DNA from: Eledone cirrhosa
Taxonomy: Eukaryota
DNA length: 64,000 nucleotides
Assembly (NCBI GenBank): GCA_964016885.1
Contig: CAXHJY010001609.1
Coordinates: 248,001 to 312,000 of the forward strand
Reading direction: 5' to 3'
In this document: positions 43,870-60,679 of the stretch, piece by piece
Layout of the letters: the number at the start of each line of letters is the position of its first letter
Numbering within the stretch: the stretch's first letter is position 1
Translations under genes and position numbers: made by a program
Notes under the pieces: generated by a model
The model's input: the letters and a program-made list of their open reading frames with translations, nothing else
Told to the model about the DNA's origin: nothing
Database searches by the model: none

Positions 43870-45655
43870 TAATATAAGATCAAAAGATGGTTAAAGGAGT
43901 TCAATATATTTTATTATGCGCATTTCAAAAACAAACATCATCAAACAATAATATTTGTGTTTTCATCAGATAAAACAGGAGAACATGATATGAAGGCTAA
44001 AAAAACACTTGTTGATAGTGCAGTTTTAAATCAACATATGAAAAGTGGTTTTAGATTGATGTGTGATATTGGGAAAAATATTTTATTTAGAGAGGGGGGG
44101 AGAGAAAAGGATGAAAAGGGAAGGAGATGAGAGGGAGAGATGGGTGATAGAGAGAAAGAGATAGTTTTTATAACAGAGAGGAGATATATTTTATATAGAG
44201 GGGTTGAAAGCCGTTGGAAGATACTGTATAAATTAAAAATTTTTGAAAATTAACGAAGGGAGGATATGTGCGAGGAAAAAATATATTATATTTAGGGAGG
44301 GGTGGGGGTGGAAAGGATGAAAAAAAAGGGGAGGAGATGAGAGTGAAGGTGGAAAGGGAGAGATGGGTGATAGAGAGAAAGAGATAGTTTTTATAACTGA
44401 GAAAAAGATATAATGTTTTAATATAGAGAGGTTGGGAACCGTTGGAAGATAATGTATAAATTAAAGGAATTTGAAAATTAACGAAGGGAAATTATGTATG
44501 GAGATAGAGAGAAAAAAATAACGAAGGGAGATTATGTATGGAGATAGAGAGAAAAAAAATAATAATTGTGGGTGAATATTCAAAAGGAGAAATGTAGGAA
44601 TCTTAAAATTAGCAAAGAGAAAATGTTTATGTATAGGATTTGAGAAAAATAATGTGAAGTTAAAGTTTTTATATTGAATTCATATGTATTAATAATGAGT
44701 TCGTTGATGGGGAGAAAAAAATAATAATAAATTAAGGATGAAATTGAGATTAAAAAGATTTATGATAGAGAGAAAAAATAATAATGATTGCGGATGAATA
44801 CTCAAAATGTCAAAAACAAATGTTATTGTTTTACGAAGAGATATAATGAGGGTGATGAGTAAACGGGTATTATAGAGTGTATAATGCCCTTTAAAGTAAG
44901 GTAGATGGGTATATTTTAAAGAATATATGAGTATATATTAAAAAAAATATATAATAATAAATTAAGGATGAAATTGAGATTAAAAAGATTTATGATAGAG
45001 GGAAAAAAAAAAAAAAATAATAATGATTGCGGATGAATATTCAAAATGTCAAAAACAAATGTTATTGTTTTACGAGAAGATAGGATGAGGTAAATGAATA
45101 AACGAGTACTATAGAGTGTATAATGCCCTTTAAAGTAAGGTAGATGGGTATATTTTAAAGAGGTGTATGTATATGTGCCTTTGAGAAAAGATTCTAAATT
45201 GATAAAGAATTGAATATTAACTGTATACTTTGTGAAAAGTTCTATGGAATTTATGGAGGCAGATGGAAAACAAATCCGAGCGTCTATTTATTATGGATTC
45301 TAGGTTAGAGATAATGGTAAATTTTTCATTTAGGCAGAGATTACAGATTTTAGATAGAGAACTGTTCAAGTACGAGGATGCAGAAGAAATCTTTTTCCAA
45401 AAGATGTTATATTTAATGTTTTTGTCTTTTAAGGACCATATGAGTTCTGAGAGAGCAGTGTTAGTTCTTTTAAGTTTGTATTTGAAAGATGAATGATGAT
45501 TGCACTATCAACAAGTGTTTTTTTAGCCTTCATATCATGTTCTCCTGTTTTATCTGATGAAAACACAAATATTATTGTTTGATGATGTTTGTTTTTGAAA
45601 TGCGCATAATAAAATATATTGAACTCCTTTAACCATCTTTTGATCTTATATTATG
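43870..45655. mobile_element. Mirror copy of the HHR-bounded 1.8-kb unit (HHRs at 43908-43974 - and 45548-45614 +)
   Basis: Reverse complement of 32105-33890. Confidence 0.75.
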
Positions 45656-45737
45656 CATACTCCAGTCCCACAAACTGTAGAGTGCTTCTTATCCGATATC
45701 TGCATTGCTTTATTGTACTACAATAAAACTCACCTCC

Positions 45738-45774
<37 letters not shown>

Positions 45775-45841
45775 ATATATATATATCTATATCTATATAT
45801 ATATATCTATATATATATATATCTATATATATATATATATA

Positions 45842-45874
<33 letters not shown>

Positions 45875-46057
45875 ATATATATATCTATATATATATCTAT
45901 ATATATATATATATATCTATATATATATATATCTATATATATATATATATATATCTATATATATATATATATATATATCTATATATATATATATCTATAT
46001 ATATATTTATATATCTATATATATATATATCTATATATATATATATATCTATATATA

Positions 46058-46094
<37 letters not shown>

Positions 46095-46129
46095 ATATAT
46101 ATATATATATATCTATATATATATATATA

Positions 46130-46184
<55 letters not shown>

Positions 46185-46193
46185 ATATATATA

Positions 46194-46252
<59 letters not shown>

Positions 46253-46276
46253 ATATATATATATATATATATATAT

Positions 46277-49200
46277 AAGTTGAAAAAAATGAAAACGAAA
46301 TTTCATTTCTCACTCTTAGTATGGCACTTACTTAAATGTAAGTATGTATGTATACGTACATACATATATGTATACAGACGTACAGTAGCATGCATATATA
46401 TACATATATATATACATATATATACATATATATACATATATACATACAGGTACACATACATATATGCACGCATCAGTTTAGCGGACGTTTATTACAACGC
46501 CGCTTTGTTCGTTTGTTTGTCAACAAACCGAACAGCCTGAATTTATGCCATACGGTGTTAAGGCAACCACGTCACCTTTTTGTTCAACACTGACACAGGA
46601 ACGATGTACTAGTTTCAAGCTTGTTAGCTATCATCAGCACCGTTTACCCATCTGCCAGATAGTTGAACGTTCGAAAGTATATACTTTCCTTATGAAAATT
46701 AACGGCTGAGCAGCCTAATTTGCATATTGAGTGAGTTAAATCGGTCAGCCATACCGAAAACGATAAGTTGAAAAAAATGAAAACGAAATTTCATTTCTCA
46801 CTCTTAGTATGGCACTTACTTAAATGTAAGTATGTATGTATACGTACATACATATATGTATAAAGACGTACAGTAGCATGCATATATATACATATATATA
46901 TATATAAATATATATACATATATATACATATATGCATACAGGTACACATACATATATGCACGCATCAGTTTAGCGGACGTTTATTACAACGCCGCTTTGT
47001 TCGTTTGTTTGTCAACAAACCGAACAGCCTGAATTTATGCCATACGGTGTTAAGGCAACCACGTCACCTTTTTGTTCAACACTGACACAGGAACGATGTA
47101 CTAGTTTCAAGCTTGTTAGCTATCATCAGCACCGTTTACCCATCTGCCAGATAGTTGAACGTTCGAAAGTATATACTTTCCTTATGAAAATTAACGGCTG
47201 AGCAGCCTAATTTGCATATTGAGTGAGTTAAATCGGTCAGGCATACCGAAAACGATAAGTTGAAAAAAATGAAAACGAAATTTCATTTCTCACTCTTAGT
47301 ATGGCACTTACTTAAATGTAAGTATGTATGTATACGTACATACATATATGTATACAGACGTACAGTAGCATGCATGTATATACATATATATATATATATA
47401 TACATATATATACATATATGCATACAGGTACACATACATATATGCACGCATCAGTTTAGCGGACCTTTATTACAACGCCGCTTTGTTCGTTTGTTTGTCA
47501 ACAAACCGAACAGCCTGAATTTATGCCATACGGTGTTAAGGCAACCACGTCACCTTTTTGTTCAACACTGACACAGGAACGATGTACTAGTTTCAAGCTT
47601 GTTAGCTATCATCAGCACCGTTTACCCATCTGCCAGATAGTTGAACGTTCGAAAGTATATACTTTCCTTATGAAAATTAACGGCTGAGCAGCCTAATTTG
47701 CATATTGAGTGAGTTAAATCCGTCAGCCATACCGAAAACGATAAGTTGAAAAAAATGAAAACGAAATTTCATTTCTCACTCTTAGTATGGCACTTACTTA
47801 AATGTAAGTATGTATGTATACGTACATACATATATGTATACAGACGTACAGTAGCATGCATATATATACATATATATATATATACATATATATACATATA
47901 TATACATATATGCATACAGGTACACATACATATATGCACGCATCAGTTTAGCGGACGTTTATTACAACGCCGCTTTGTTCGTTTGTTTGTTAACAATCCG
48001 AATAGCCTGAATTTATGCCATACGGTGTTAAGGCAACCACGTCACCTTTTTGTTCAACACTGACACAGGAACGATGTACTAGTTTCAAGCTTGTTAGCTA
48101 TCATCAACACCGTTTACCCATCTGCCAGATAGTTGAACGTTCGAAAGTATATACTTTCCTTATGAAAATTAACGGCTGAGCAGCCTAATTTGCATATTGA
48201 GTGAGTTAAATCGGTCAGGCATACCGAAAACGATAAGTTGACAAAAATGAAAACGAAATTTCATTTCTCACTCTTAGTATGGCACTTACTTAAATGTAAG
48301 TATGTATGTATACGTACATACATATATGTATACAGACGTACAGTAGCATGCATATATATACATATATATATATACATATATATACATATATATACATATA
48401 TGCATACAGGTACACATACATATATGCACGCATCAGTTTAGCGGACGTTTATTACAACGCCGCTTTGTTCGTTTGTTTGTTAACAAACCGAATAGCCTGA
48501 ATTTATGCCATACGGTGTTAAGGCAACCACGTCACCTTTTTGTTCAACACTGACACAGGAACGATGTACTAGTTTCAAGCTTGTTAGCTATCATCAGCAC
48601 CGTTTACCCATCTGCCAGATAGTTGAACGTTCGAAAGTATATACTTTCCTTATGAAAATTAACGGCTGAGCAGCCTAATTTGCATATTGAGTGAGTTAAA
48701 TCGGTCAGGCATACCGAAAACGATAAGTTGAAAAAAATGAAAACGAAATTTCATTTCTCACTCTTAGTATGGCACTTACTTAAATGTAAGTCTGTATGTA
48801 TACGTACATACATATATGTATACAGACGTACAGTAGCATGCATATATATACATATATATATATATATACATATATATACATATATATACATATATATACA
48901 TATATGCATACAGGTACACATACATATATGCACGCATCAGTTTAGCGGACGTTTATTACAACGCCGCTTTGTTCGTTTGTTTGTCAACAAACCGAACAGC
49001 CTGAATTTATGCCATACGGTGTTAAGGCAACCACGTCACCTTTTTGTTCAACACTGACACAGGAACGATGTACTAGTTTCAAGCTTGTTAGCTATCATCA
49101 GCACCGTTTACCCATCTGCCAGATATTTGAACGTTCGAAAATATATACTTTCCTTTTGAAAATTAACGGCTGAGCAGCCTAATTTGCATATTGAGTGAGT

Positions 49201-52200
49201 TAAATCGGTCAGGCATACCGAAAACGATAAGTTGAAAAAAATGAAAACGAAATTTCATTTCTCACTCTTAGTATGGCACTTACTTAAATGTAAGTATGTA
49301 TGTATACGTACATACATATATGTATACAGACGTACAGTAGCATGCATATATATATACATATATATATATATACATATATATACATATATATACATATATA
49401 CATAGAGGTACACATACATATATGCACGCATCAGTTTAGCGGACGTTTATTACAACGCCGCTTTGTTCGTTTGTTTGTCAACAAACCGAACAGCCTGAAT
49501 TTATGCCATACGGTGTTAAGGCAACCACGTCACCTTTTTGTTCAACACTGACACAGGAACGATGTACTAGTTTCAAGCTTGTTAGCTATCAACAGCACCG
49601 TTTACCCATCTGCCAGATAGTTGAACGTTCGAAAGTATATACTTTCCTTATGAAAATTAACGGCTGAGCAGCCTAATTTGCATATTGAGTGAGTTAAATC
49701 GGTCAGGCATACCGAAAACGATAAGTTGAAAAAAATGAAAACGAAATTTCATTTCTCACTCTTAGTATGGCACTTACTTAAATGTAAGTATGTATGTATA
49801 CGTACATACATATATGTATACAGACGTACAGTAGCATGCATGTATATACATATATATATATATATATACATATATATACATATATGCATACAGGTACACA
49901 TACATATATGCACGCATCAGTTTAGCGGACCTTTATTACAACGCCGCTTTGTTCGTTTGTTTGTCAACAAACCGAACAGCCTGAATTTATGCCATACGGT
50001 GTTAAGGCAACCACGTCACCTTTTTGTTCAACACTGACACAGGAACGATGTACTAGTTTCAAGCTTGTTAGCTATCATCAGCACCGTTTACCCATCTGCC
50101 AGATAGTTGAACGTTCGAAAGTATATACTTTCCTTATGAAAATTAACGGCTGAGCAGCCTAATTTGCATATTGAGTGAGTTAAATCGGTCAGCCATACCG
50201 AAAACGATAAGTTGAAAAAAATGAAAACGAAATTTCATTTCTCACTCTTAGTATGGCACTTACTTAAATGTAAGTATGTATGTATACGTACATACATATA
50301 TGTATACAGACGTACAGCAGCATGCATATATATACATATATATATATATACATATATATACATATATATACATATATGCATACAGGTACACATACATATA
50401 TGCACGCATCAGTTTAGCGGACGTTTATTACAACGCCGCTTTCTTCGTTTGTTTGTTAACAATCCGAATAGCCTGAATTTATGCCATACGGTGTTAAGGC
50501 AACCACGTCACCTTTTTGTTCAACACTGACACAGGAACGATGTACTAGTTTCAAGCTTGTTAGCTATCATCAGCACCGTTTACCCATCTGCCAGATAGTT
50601 GAACGTTCGAAAGTATATACTTTCCTTATGAAAATTAACGGCTGAGCAGCCTAATTTGCATATTGAGTGAGTTAAATCGGTCAGGCATACCGAAAACGAT
50701 AAGTTGAAAAAAATGAAAACGAAATTTCATTTCTCACTCTTAGTATGGCACTTACTTAAATGTAAGTATGTATGTATACGTACATACATATATGTATACA
50801 GACGTACAGTAGCATGCATATATATACATATATATATATATACATATATATACATATATATACATATATACATACAGCTACACATACATATATGCACGCA
50901 TCAGTTTAGCGGACGTTTATTACAACGCCGCTTTGTTCGTTTGTTTGTCAACAAACCGAACAGCCTGAATTTATGCCATACGGTGTTAAGGCAACCACGT
51001 CACCTTTTTGTTCAACACTGACACAGGAACGATGTACTAGTTTCAAGCTTGTTAGCTATCATCAACACCGTTTACCCATCTGCCAGATAGTTGAACGTTC
51101 GAAAGTATATACTTTCCTTATGAAAATTAACGGCTGAGCAGCCTAATTTGCATATTGAGTGAGTTAAATCGGTCAGGCATACCGAAAACGATAAGTTGAC
51201 AAAAATGAAAACGAAATTTCATTTCTCACTCTTAGTATGGCACTTACTTAAATGTAAGTATGTATGTATACGTACATACATATATGTATACAGACGTACA
51301 GTAGCATGCATATATATACATATATATATATACATATATATACATATATATACATATATGCATACAGGTACACATACATATATGCACGCATCAGTTTAGC
51401 GGACGTTTATTACAACGCCGCTTTGTTCGTTTGTTTGTTAACAAACCGAATAGCCTGAATTTATGCCATACGGTGTTAAGGCAACCACGTCACCTTTTTG
51501 TTCAACACTGACACAGGAACGATGTACTAGTTTCAAGCTTGTTAGCTATCATCAGCACCGTTTACCCATCTGCCAGATAGTTGAACGTTCGAAAGTATAT
51601 ACTTTCCTTATGAAAATTAACGGCTGAGCAGCCTAATTTGCATATTGAGTGAGTTAAATCGGTCAGGCATACCGAAAACGATAAGTTGAAAAAAATGAAA
51701 ACGAAATTTCATTTCTCACTCTTAGTATGGCACTTACTTAAATGTAAGTCTGTATGTATACGTACATACATATATGTATACAGACGTACAGTAGCATGCA
51801 TATATATACATATATATATATATATACATATATATACATATATATACATATATATACATATATGCATACAGGTACACATACATATATGCACGCATCAGTT
51901 TAGCGGACGTTTATTACAACGCCGCTTTGTTCGTTTGTTTGTCAACAAACCGAACAGCCTGAATTTATGCCATACGGTGTTAAGGCAACCACGTCACCTT
52001 TTTGTTCAACACTGACACAGGAACGATGTACTAGTTTCAAGCTTGTTAGCTATCATCAGCACCGTTTACCCATCTGCAAGATAGTTGAACGTTCGAAAGT
52101 ATATACTTTCCTTATGAAAATTAACGGCTGAGCAGCCTAATTTGCATATTGAATGAGTTAAATCGGTCAGGCATACCGAAAACGATAAGTTGAAAAAAAT

Positions 52201-52313
52201 GAAAACGAAATTTCATTTCTCACTCTTAGTATGGCACTTACTTAAATGTAAGTATGTATTTATACGTACATACATATATGTATACAGACGTACAGTAGCA
52301 TGCATATATATAC

Positions 52314-52348
<35 letters not shown>

Positions 52349-55300
52349 CATATATACATACAGGTACACATACATATATGCACGCATCAGTTTAGCGGAC
52401 GTTTATTACAACGCCGCTTTGTTCGTTTGTTTGTCAACAAACCGAACAGCCTGAATTTATGCCATACGGTGTTAAGGCAACCACGTCACCTTTTTGTTCA
52501 ACACTGACACAGGAACGATGTACTAGTTTCAAGCTTGTTAGCTATCATCAGCACCGTTTACCCATCTGCCAGATAGTTGAACGTTCGAAAGTATATAGTT
52601 TCCTTATGAAAATTAACGGCTGAGCAGCCTAATTTGCATATTGAGTGAGTTAAATCGGTCAGGCATACCGAAAACGATAAGTTGAAAAAAATGAAAACGA
52701 AATTTCATTTCTCACTCTTAGTATGGCACTTACTTAAATGTAAGTATGTATGTATACGTACATACATATATGTATACAGACGTACAGTAGCATGCATATA
52801 TATACGTATATATATATATATACATATATATACATATATATACATATATACATACAGGTACACATACATATATGCACGCATCAGTTTAGCGGACGTTTAT
52901 TACAACGCCGCTTTGATCGTTTGTTTGTCAACAAACCGAACAGCCTGAATTTATGCCATACGGTGTTAAGGCAACCACGTCACCTTTTTGTTCAACACTG
53001 ACACAGGAACGATGTACTAGTTTCAAGCTTGTTAGCTATCATCAGCACCGTTTACCCATCTGCCAGATAGTTGAACGTTCGAAAGTATATACTTTCCTTA
53101 TGAAAATTAACGGCTGAGCAGCCTAATTTGCATATTGAGTGAGTTAAATCTGTCAGGCATACCGAAAACGATAAGTTGAAAAAAATGAAAACGAAATTTC
53201 ATTTCTCACTCTTAGTATGGCACTTACTTAAATGTAAGTATGTATGTATACGTACATACATATATGTATACAGACGTACAGTAGCATGCATATATATACA
53301 TATATATATATATACATATATATACATATATATATATATATGCATACAGGTACACATACATATATGCACGCATCAGTTTAGCGGACGTTTATTACAACGC
53401 CGCTTTGTTCGTTTGTTTGTTAACAATCCGAATAGCCTGAATTTATGCCATACGGTGTTAAGGCAACCACGTCACCTTTTTGTTCAACACTGACACAGGA
53501 ACGATGTACTAGTTTCAAGCTTGTTAGCTATCATCAGCACCGTTTACCCATCTGCCAGATAGTTGAACGTTCGAAAGTATATACTTTCCTTATGAAAATT
53601 AACGGCTGAGCAGCCTAATTTGCATATTGAGTGAGTTAAATCGGTCAGGCATACCGAAAACGATAAGTTGAAAAAAATGAAAACGAAATTTCATTTCTCA
53701 CTCTTAGTATGGCACTTACTTAAATGTAAGTCTGTATGTATACGTACATACATATATGTATACAGACGTACAGTAGCATGCATATATATACATATATATA
53801 TATATATACATATATATACATATATATACATATATATACATATATGCATACAGGTACACATACATATATGCACGCATCAGTTTAGCGGACGTTTATTAGA
53901 ACGCCGCTTTGTTCGTTTGTTTGTCAACAAACCGAACAGCCTGAATTTATGCCATACGGTGTTAAGGCAACCACGTCACCTTTTTGTTCAACACTGACAC
54001 AGGAACGATGTACTAGTTTCAAGCTTGTTAGCTATCATCAGCACCGTTTACCCATCTGCCAGATATTTGAACGTTCGAAAATATATACTTTCCTTATGAA
54101 AATTAACGGCTGAGCAGCCTAATTTGCATATTGAGTGAGTTAAATCGGTCAGGCATACCGAAAACGATAAGTTGAAAAAAATGAAAACGAAATTTCATTT
54201 CTCACTCTTAGTATGGCACTTACTTAAATGTAAGTATGTATGTATACGTACATACATATATGTATACAGACGTACAGTAGCATGCATATATATACATATA
54301 TATATATATACATATATATACATATATATACATATATGCATACAGGTACACATACATATATGCACGCATCAGTTTAGCGGACGTTTATTACAACGCCGCT
54401 TTGTTCGTTTGTTTGTCAACAAACCGAACAGCCTGAATTTATGCCATACGGTGTTAAGGCAACCACGTCACCTTTTTGTTCAACACTGACACAGGAACGA
54501 TGTACTAGTTTCAAGCTGGTTAGCTATCATCAGCACCGTTTACCCATCTGCCAGATAGTCGAACGTTCGAAAGTATATACTTTCCTTATGAAAATTAACG
54601 GCTGAGCAGCCTAATTTGCATATTGAGTGAGTTAAATCGGTCAGGCATACCGAAAACGATAAGTTGAAAAAAATGAAAACGAAATTTCATTTCTCACTCT
54701 TAGTATGGCACTTACTGAAATGTAAGTATGTATGTATACGTACATACATATATGTATACAGACGTACAGTAGCATGCATATATATACATATATATATATA
54801 CATATATATACATATATATACATACAGGTACACATACATATATGCACGCATCAGTTTAGCGGACGTTTATTACAACGCCGTTTTTTCGATTGTTTGTCAA
54901 CAAACCGAACAGCCTGAATTTATGCCATACGGTGTTAAGGCAACCACGTCACCTTTTTGTTCAACACTGACACAGGAACGATGTACTAGTTTCAAGCTTG
55001 TTAGCTATCATCAGCACCGTTTACCCATCTGCAAGATAGTTGAACGTTCGAAAGTATATACTTTCCTTATGAAAATTAACGGCTGAGCAGCCTAATTTGC
55101 ATATTGAGTGAGTTAAATCGGTCAGGCATACCGAAAACGATAAGTTGAAAAAAATGAAAACGAAATTTCATTTCTCACTCTTAGTATGGCACTTACTTAA
55201 ATGTAAGTATGTATTTATACGTACATACATATATGTATACAGACGTACAGTAGCATGCATATATATACATATATATATATATACATATATATACATATAT

Positions 55301-58300
55301 ATACATATATACATACAGGTACACATACATATATGCACGCATCAGTTTAGCGGACGTTTATTACAACGCCGCTTTGTTCGTTTGTTTGTCAACAAACCGA
55401 ACAGCCTGAATTTATGCCATACGGTGTTAAGGCAACCACGTCACCTTTTTGTTCAACACTGACACAGGAACGATGTACTAGTTTCAAGCTTGTTAGCTAT
55501 CATCAGCACCGTTTACCCATCTGCCAGATAGTTGAACGTTCGAAAGTATATAGTTTCCTTATGAAATTTAACGGCTGAGCAGCCTAATTTGCATATTGAG
55601 TGAGTTAAATCGGTCAGGCATACCGAAAACGATAAGTTGAAAAAAATGAAAACGAAATTTCATTTCTCACTCTTAGTATGGCACTTACTTAAATGTAAGT
55701 ATGTATGTATACGTACATACATATATGTATACAGACGTACAGTAGCATGCATATATATACGTATATATATATATACATATATATACATATATATACATAT
55801 ATACATACAGGTACACATACATATATGCACGCATCAGTTTAGCGGACGTTTATTACAACGCCGCTTTGATCGTTTGTTTGTCAACAAACCGAACAGCCTG
55901 AATTTATGCCATACGGTGTTAAGGCAACCACGTCACCTTTTTGTTCAACACTGACACAGGAACGATGTACTAGTTTCAAGCTTGTTAGCTATCATCAGCA
56001 CCGTTTACCCATCTGCCAGATAGTCGAACGTTCGAAAGTATATACTTTCCTTATGAAAATTAACGGCTGAGCAGCCTAATTTGCATATTGAGTGAGTTAA
56101 ATCGGTGAGGCATACCGAAAACGATAAGTTGAAAAAAATGAAAACGAAATTTCATTTCTCACTCTTAGTATGGCACTTACTTAAATGTAAGTATGTATGT
56201 ATACGTACATACATATATGTATACAGACGTACAGTAGCATGCATATATATACATATATATATATATACATATATATACATATATATACATATATACATAC
56301 AGGTACACATACATATATGCACGCATCAGTTTAGCGGACGTTTATTACAACGCCGCTTTGTTCGTTTGTTTGTCAACAAACCGAACAGCCTGAATTTATG
56401 CCATACGGTGTTAAGGCAACCACGTCACCTTTTTGTTCAACACTGACACAGGAACGATGTACTAGTTTCAAGCTTGTTAGCTATCATCAGCACCGTTTAC
56501 CCATCTGCCAGATAGTTGAACGTTCGAAAGTATATACTTTCCTTATGAAAATTAACGGCTGAGCAGCCTAATTTGCATATTGAGTGAGTTAAATCGGTCA
56601 GGCATACCGAAAACGATAAGTTGAAAAAAATGAAAACGAAATTTCATTTCTCACTCTTAGTATGGCACTTACTTAAATGTAAGTATGTATGTATACGTAC
56701 ATACATATATGTATAAAGACGTACAGTAGCATGCATATATATACGTATATATATATATACATATATATACATATATACATACAGGTACACATACATATAT
56801 GCACGCATCAGTTTAGCGGACGTTTATTACAACGCCGCTTTGATCGTTTGTTTGTCAACAAACCGAACAGCCTGAATTTATGCCATACGGTGTTAAGGCA
56901 ACCACGTCACCTTTTTGTTCAACACTGACACAGGAACGATGTACTAGTTTCAAGCTTGTTAGCTATCATCAGCACCGTTTACCCATCTGCCAGATAGTCG
57001 AACGTTCGAAAGTATATACTTTCCTTATGAAAATTAACGGCTGAGCAGCCTAATTTGCATATTGAGTGAGTTAAATCGGTCAGGCATACCGAAAACGATA
57101 AGTTGAAAAAAATGAAAACGAAATTTCATTTCTCACTCTTAGTATGGCACTTACTTAAATGTAAGTATGTATGTATACGTACATACATATATGTATACAG
57201 ACGTACAGTAGCATGCATATATATACATATATATATATATACATATATATACATATATATACATATATACATACAGGTACACATACATATATGCACGCAT
57301 CAGTTTAGCGGACGTTTATTACAACGCCGCTTTGTTCGTTTGTTTGTCAACAAACCGAACAGCCTGAATTTATGCCATACGGTGTTAAGGCAACCACGTC
57401 ACCTTTTTGTTCAACACTGACACAGGAACGATGTACTAGTTTCAAGCTTGTTAGCTATCATCAGCACCGTTTACCCATCTGCCAGATAGTTGAACGTTCG
57501 AAAGTATATACTTTCCTTATGAAAATTAACGGCTGAGCAGCCTAATTTGCATATTGAGTGAGTTAAATCGGTCAGGCATACCGAAAACGATAAGTTGAAA
57601 AAAATGAAAACGAAATTTCATTTCTCACTCTTAGTATGGCACTTACTTAAATGTAAGTATGTATGTATACGTACATACATATATGTATACAGACGTACAG
57701 TAGCATGCATATATATACGTATATATATATATATACATATATATACATATATATACATATATGCATACAGGTACACATACATATATGCACGCATCAGTTT
57801 AGCGGACGTTTATTACAACGCCGCTTTGTTCGTTTGTTTGTCAACAAACCGAACAGCCTGAATTTATGCCATACGGTGTTAAGGCAACCACGTCACCTTT
57901 TTGTTCAACACTGACACAGGAACGATGTACTAGTTTCAAGCTTGTTAGCTATCATCAGCACCGTTTACCCATCTGACAGATAGTTGAACGTTCGAAAGTA
58001 TATACTTTCCTTATAAAAATTAACGGCTGAGCAGCCTAATTTGCATATTGAGTGAGTTAAATCGGTCAGGCATACCGAAAACGATAAGTTGAAAAAAATG
58101 AAAACGAAATTTCATTTCTCACTCTTAGTATGGCACTTACTTAAATGTAAGTATGTATGTATACGTACATACATATATGTATACAGACGTACAGTAGCAT
58201 GCATATATATACATATATATATATACATATATATACATATATACATACAGGTACACATACATATATGCACGCATCAGTTTAGCGGACGTTTATTACAACG

Positions 58301-60648
58301 CCGCTTTGTTCGTTTGTTTGTCAACAAACCGAACAGCCTGAATTTATGCCATACGGTGTTAAGGCAACCACGTCACCTTTTTGTTCAACACTGACACAGG
58401 AACGATGTACTAGTTTCAAGCTTGTTAGCTATCATCAGCACCGTTTACCCATCTGCCAGATAGTTGAACGTTCGAAAGTATATACTTTCCTTATGAAAAT
58501 TAACGGCTGAGCAGCCTAATTTGCATATTGAGTGAGTTAAATCGGTCAGGCATACCGAAAACGATAAGTTGAAAAAAATGAAAACGAAATTTCATTTCTC
58601 ACTCTTAGTATGGCACTTACTTAAATGTAAGTATGTATGTATACGTACATACATATATGTATACAGACGTACAGTAGCATGCATATATATACATATATAT
58701 ATACATATATATACATATATATACATATATGCATACAGGTACACATACATATATGCACGCATCAGTTTAGCGGACCTTTATTACAACGCCGCTTTGTTCG
58801 TTTGTTTGTCAACAAACCGAACAGCCTGAATTTATGCCATACGGTGTTAAGGCAACCACGTCACCTTTTTGTTCAACACTGACACAGGAACGATGTACTA
58901 GTTTCAAGCTTGTTAGCTATCATCAGCACCGTTTACCCATCTGCCAGATAGTTGAACGTTCGAAAGTATATACTTTCCTTATGAAAATTAACGGCTGAGC
59001 AGCCTAATTTGCATATTGAGTGAGTTAAATCGGTCAGGCATACCGAAAACGATAAGTTGAAAAAAATGAAAATGAAATTTCATTTCTCACTCTTAGTATG
59101 GCACTTACTTAAATGTAAGTATGTATGTATACGTACATACATATATGTATACAGACGTACAGTAGCATGCATATATATACATATATATATATATACATAT
59201 ATATACATATATATACATATATGCATACAGGTACACATACATATATGCACGCATCAGTTTAGCGGACGTTTATTACAACGCCGCTTTGTTCGTTTGTTTG
59301 TCAACAAACCGAACAGCCTGAATTTATGCCATACGGTGTTAAGGCAACCACGTCACCTTTTTGTTCAACACTGACACAGGAACGATGTACTAGTTTCAAG
59401 CTTGTTAGCTATCATCAGCACCGTTTACCCATCTGCCAGATAGTTGAACGTTCGAAAGTATATACTTTCCTTATGAAAATTAACGGCTGAGCAGCCTAAT
59501 TTGCATATTGAGTGAGTTAAATCGGTCAGGCATACCGAAAACGATAAGTTGAAAAAAATGAAAACGAAATTTCATTTCTCACTCTTAGTATGGCACTTAC
59601 TTAAATGTAAGTATGTATGTATACGTACATACATATATGTATACAGACGTACAGTAGCATGCATATATATAAATATATATATATATACATATATATACAT
59701 ATATATACATATATACATACAGGTACACATACATATATGCACGCATCAGTTTAGCGGACGTTTATTACAACGCCGCTTTGTTCGTTTGGTTGTCAACAAA
59801 CCGAACAGCCTGAATTTATGCCATACGGTGTTAAGGCAACCACGTCACCTTTTTGTTCAACACTGACACAGGAACGATGTACTAGTTTCAAGCTTGTTAG
59901 CTATCATCAGCACCGTTTACCCATCTGCCAGATAGTTGAACGTTCGAAAGTATATACTTTCCTTATGAAAATTAACGGCTGAGCAGCCTAATTTGCATAT
60001 TGAGTGAGTTAAATCGGTCAGGCATACCGAAAACGATAAGTTGAAAAAAATGAAAACGAAATTTCATTTCTCACTCTTAGTATGGCACTTACTTAAATGT
60101 AAGTATGTATGTATACGTACATACATATATGTATACAGACGTACAGTAGCATGCATATATATACATATATATATATATATACATATATATACATATATAT
60201 ACATATATACATAGAGGTACACATACATATATGCACGCATCAGTTTAGCGGACGTTTATTACAACGCCGCTTTGTTCGTTTGTTTGTCAACAAGCCGAAC
60301 AGCCTGAATTTATGCCATACGGTGTTAAGGCAACCACGTCACCTTTTTGTTCAACACTGACACAGGAACGATGTACTAGTTTCAAGCTTGTTAGCTATCA
60401 TCAGCACCGTTTACCCATCTGCCAGATAGTTGAACGTTCGAAAGTATATACTTTCCTTATGAAAATTAACGGCTGAGCAGCCTAATTTGCATATTGAGTG
60501 AGTTAAATCGGTCAGGCATACCGAAAACGATAAGTTGAAAAAAATGAAAACGAAATTTCATTTCTCACTCTTAGTATAGCACTTACTTAAATGTAAGTAT
60601 GTATGTATACGTACATACATATATGTATACAGACGTACAGTAGCATGC

Positions 60649-60679
<31 letters not shown>

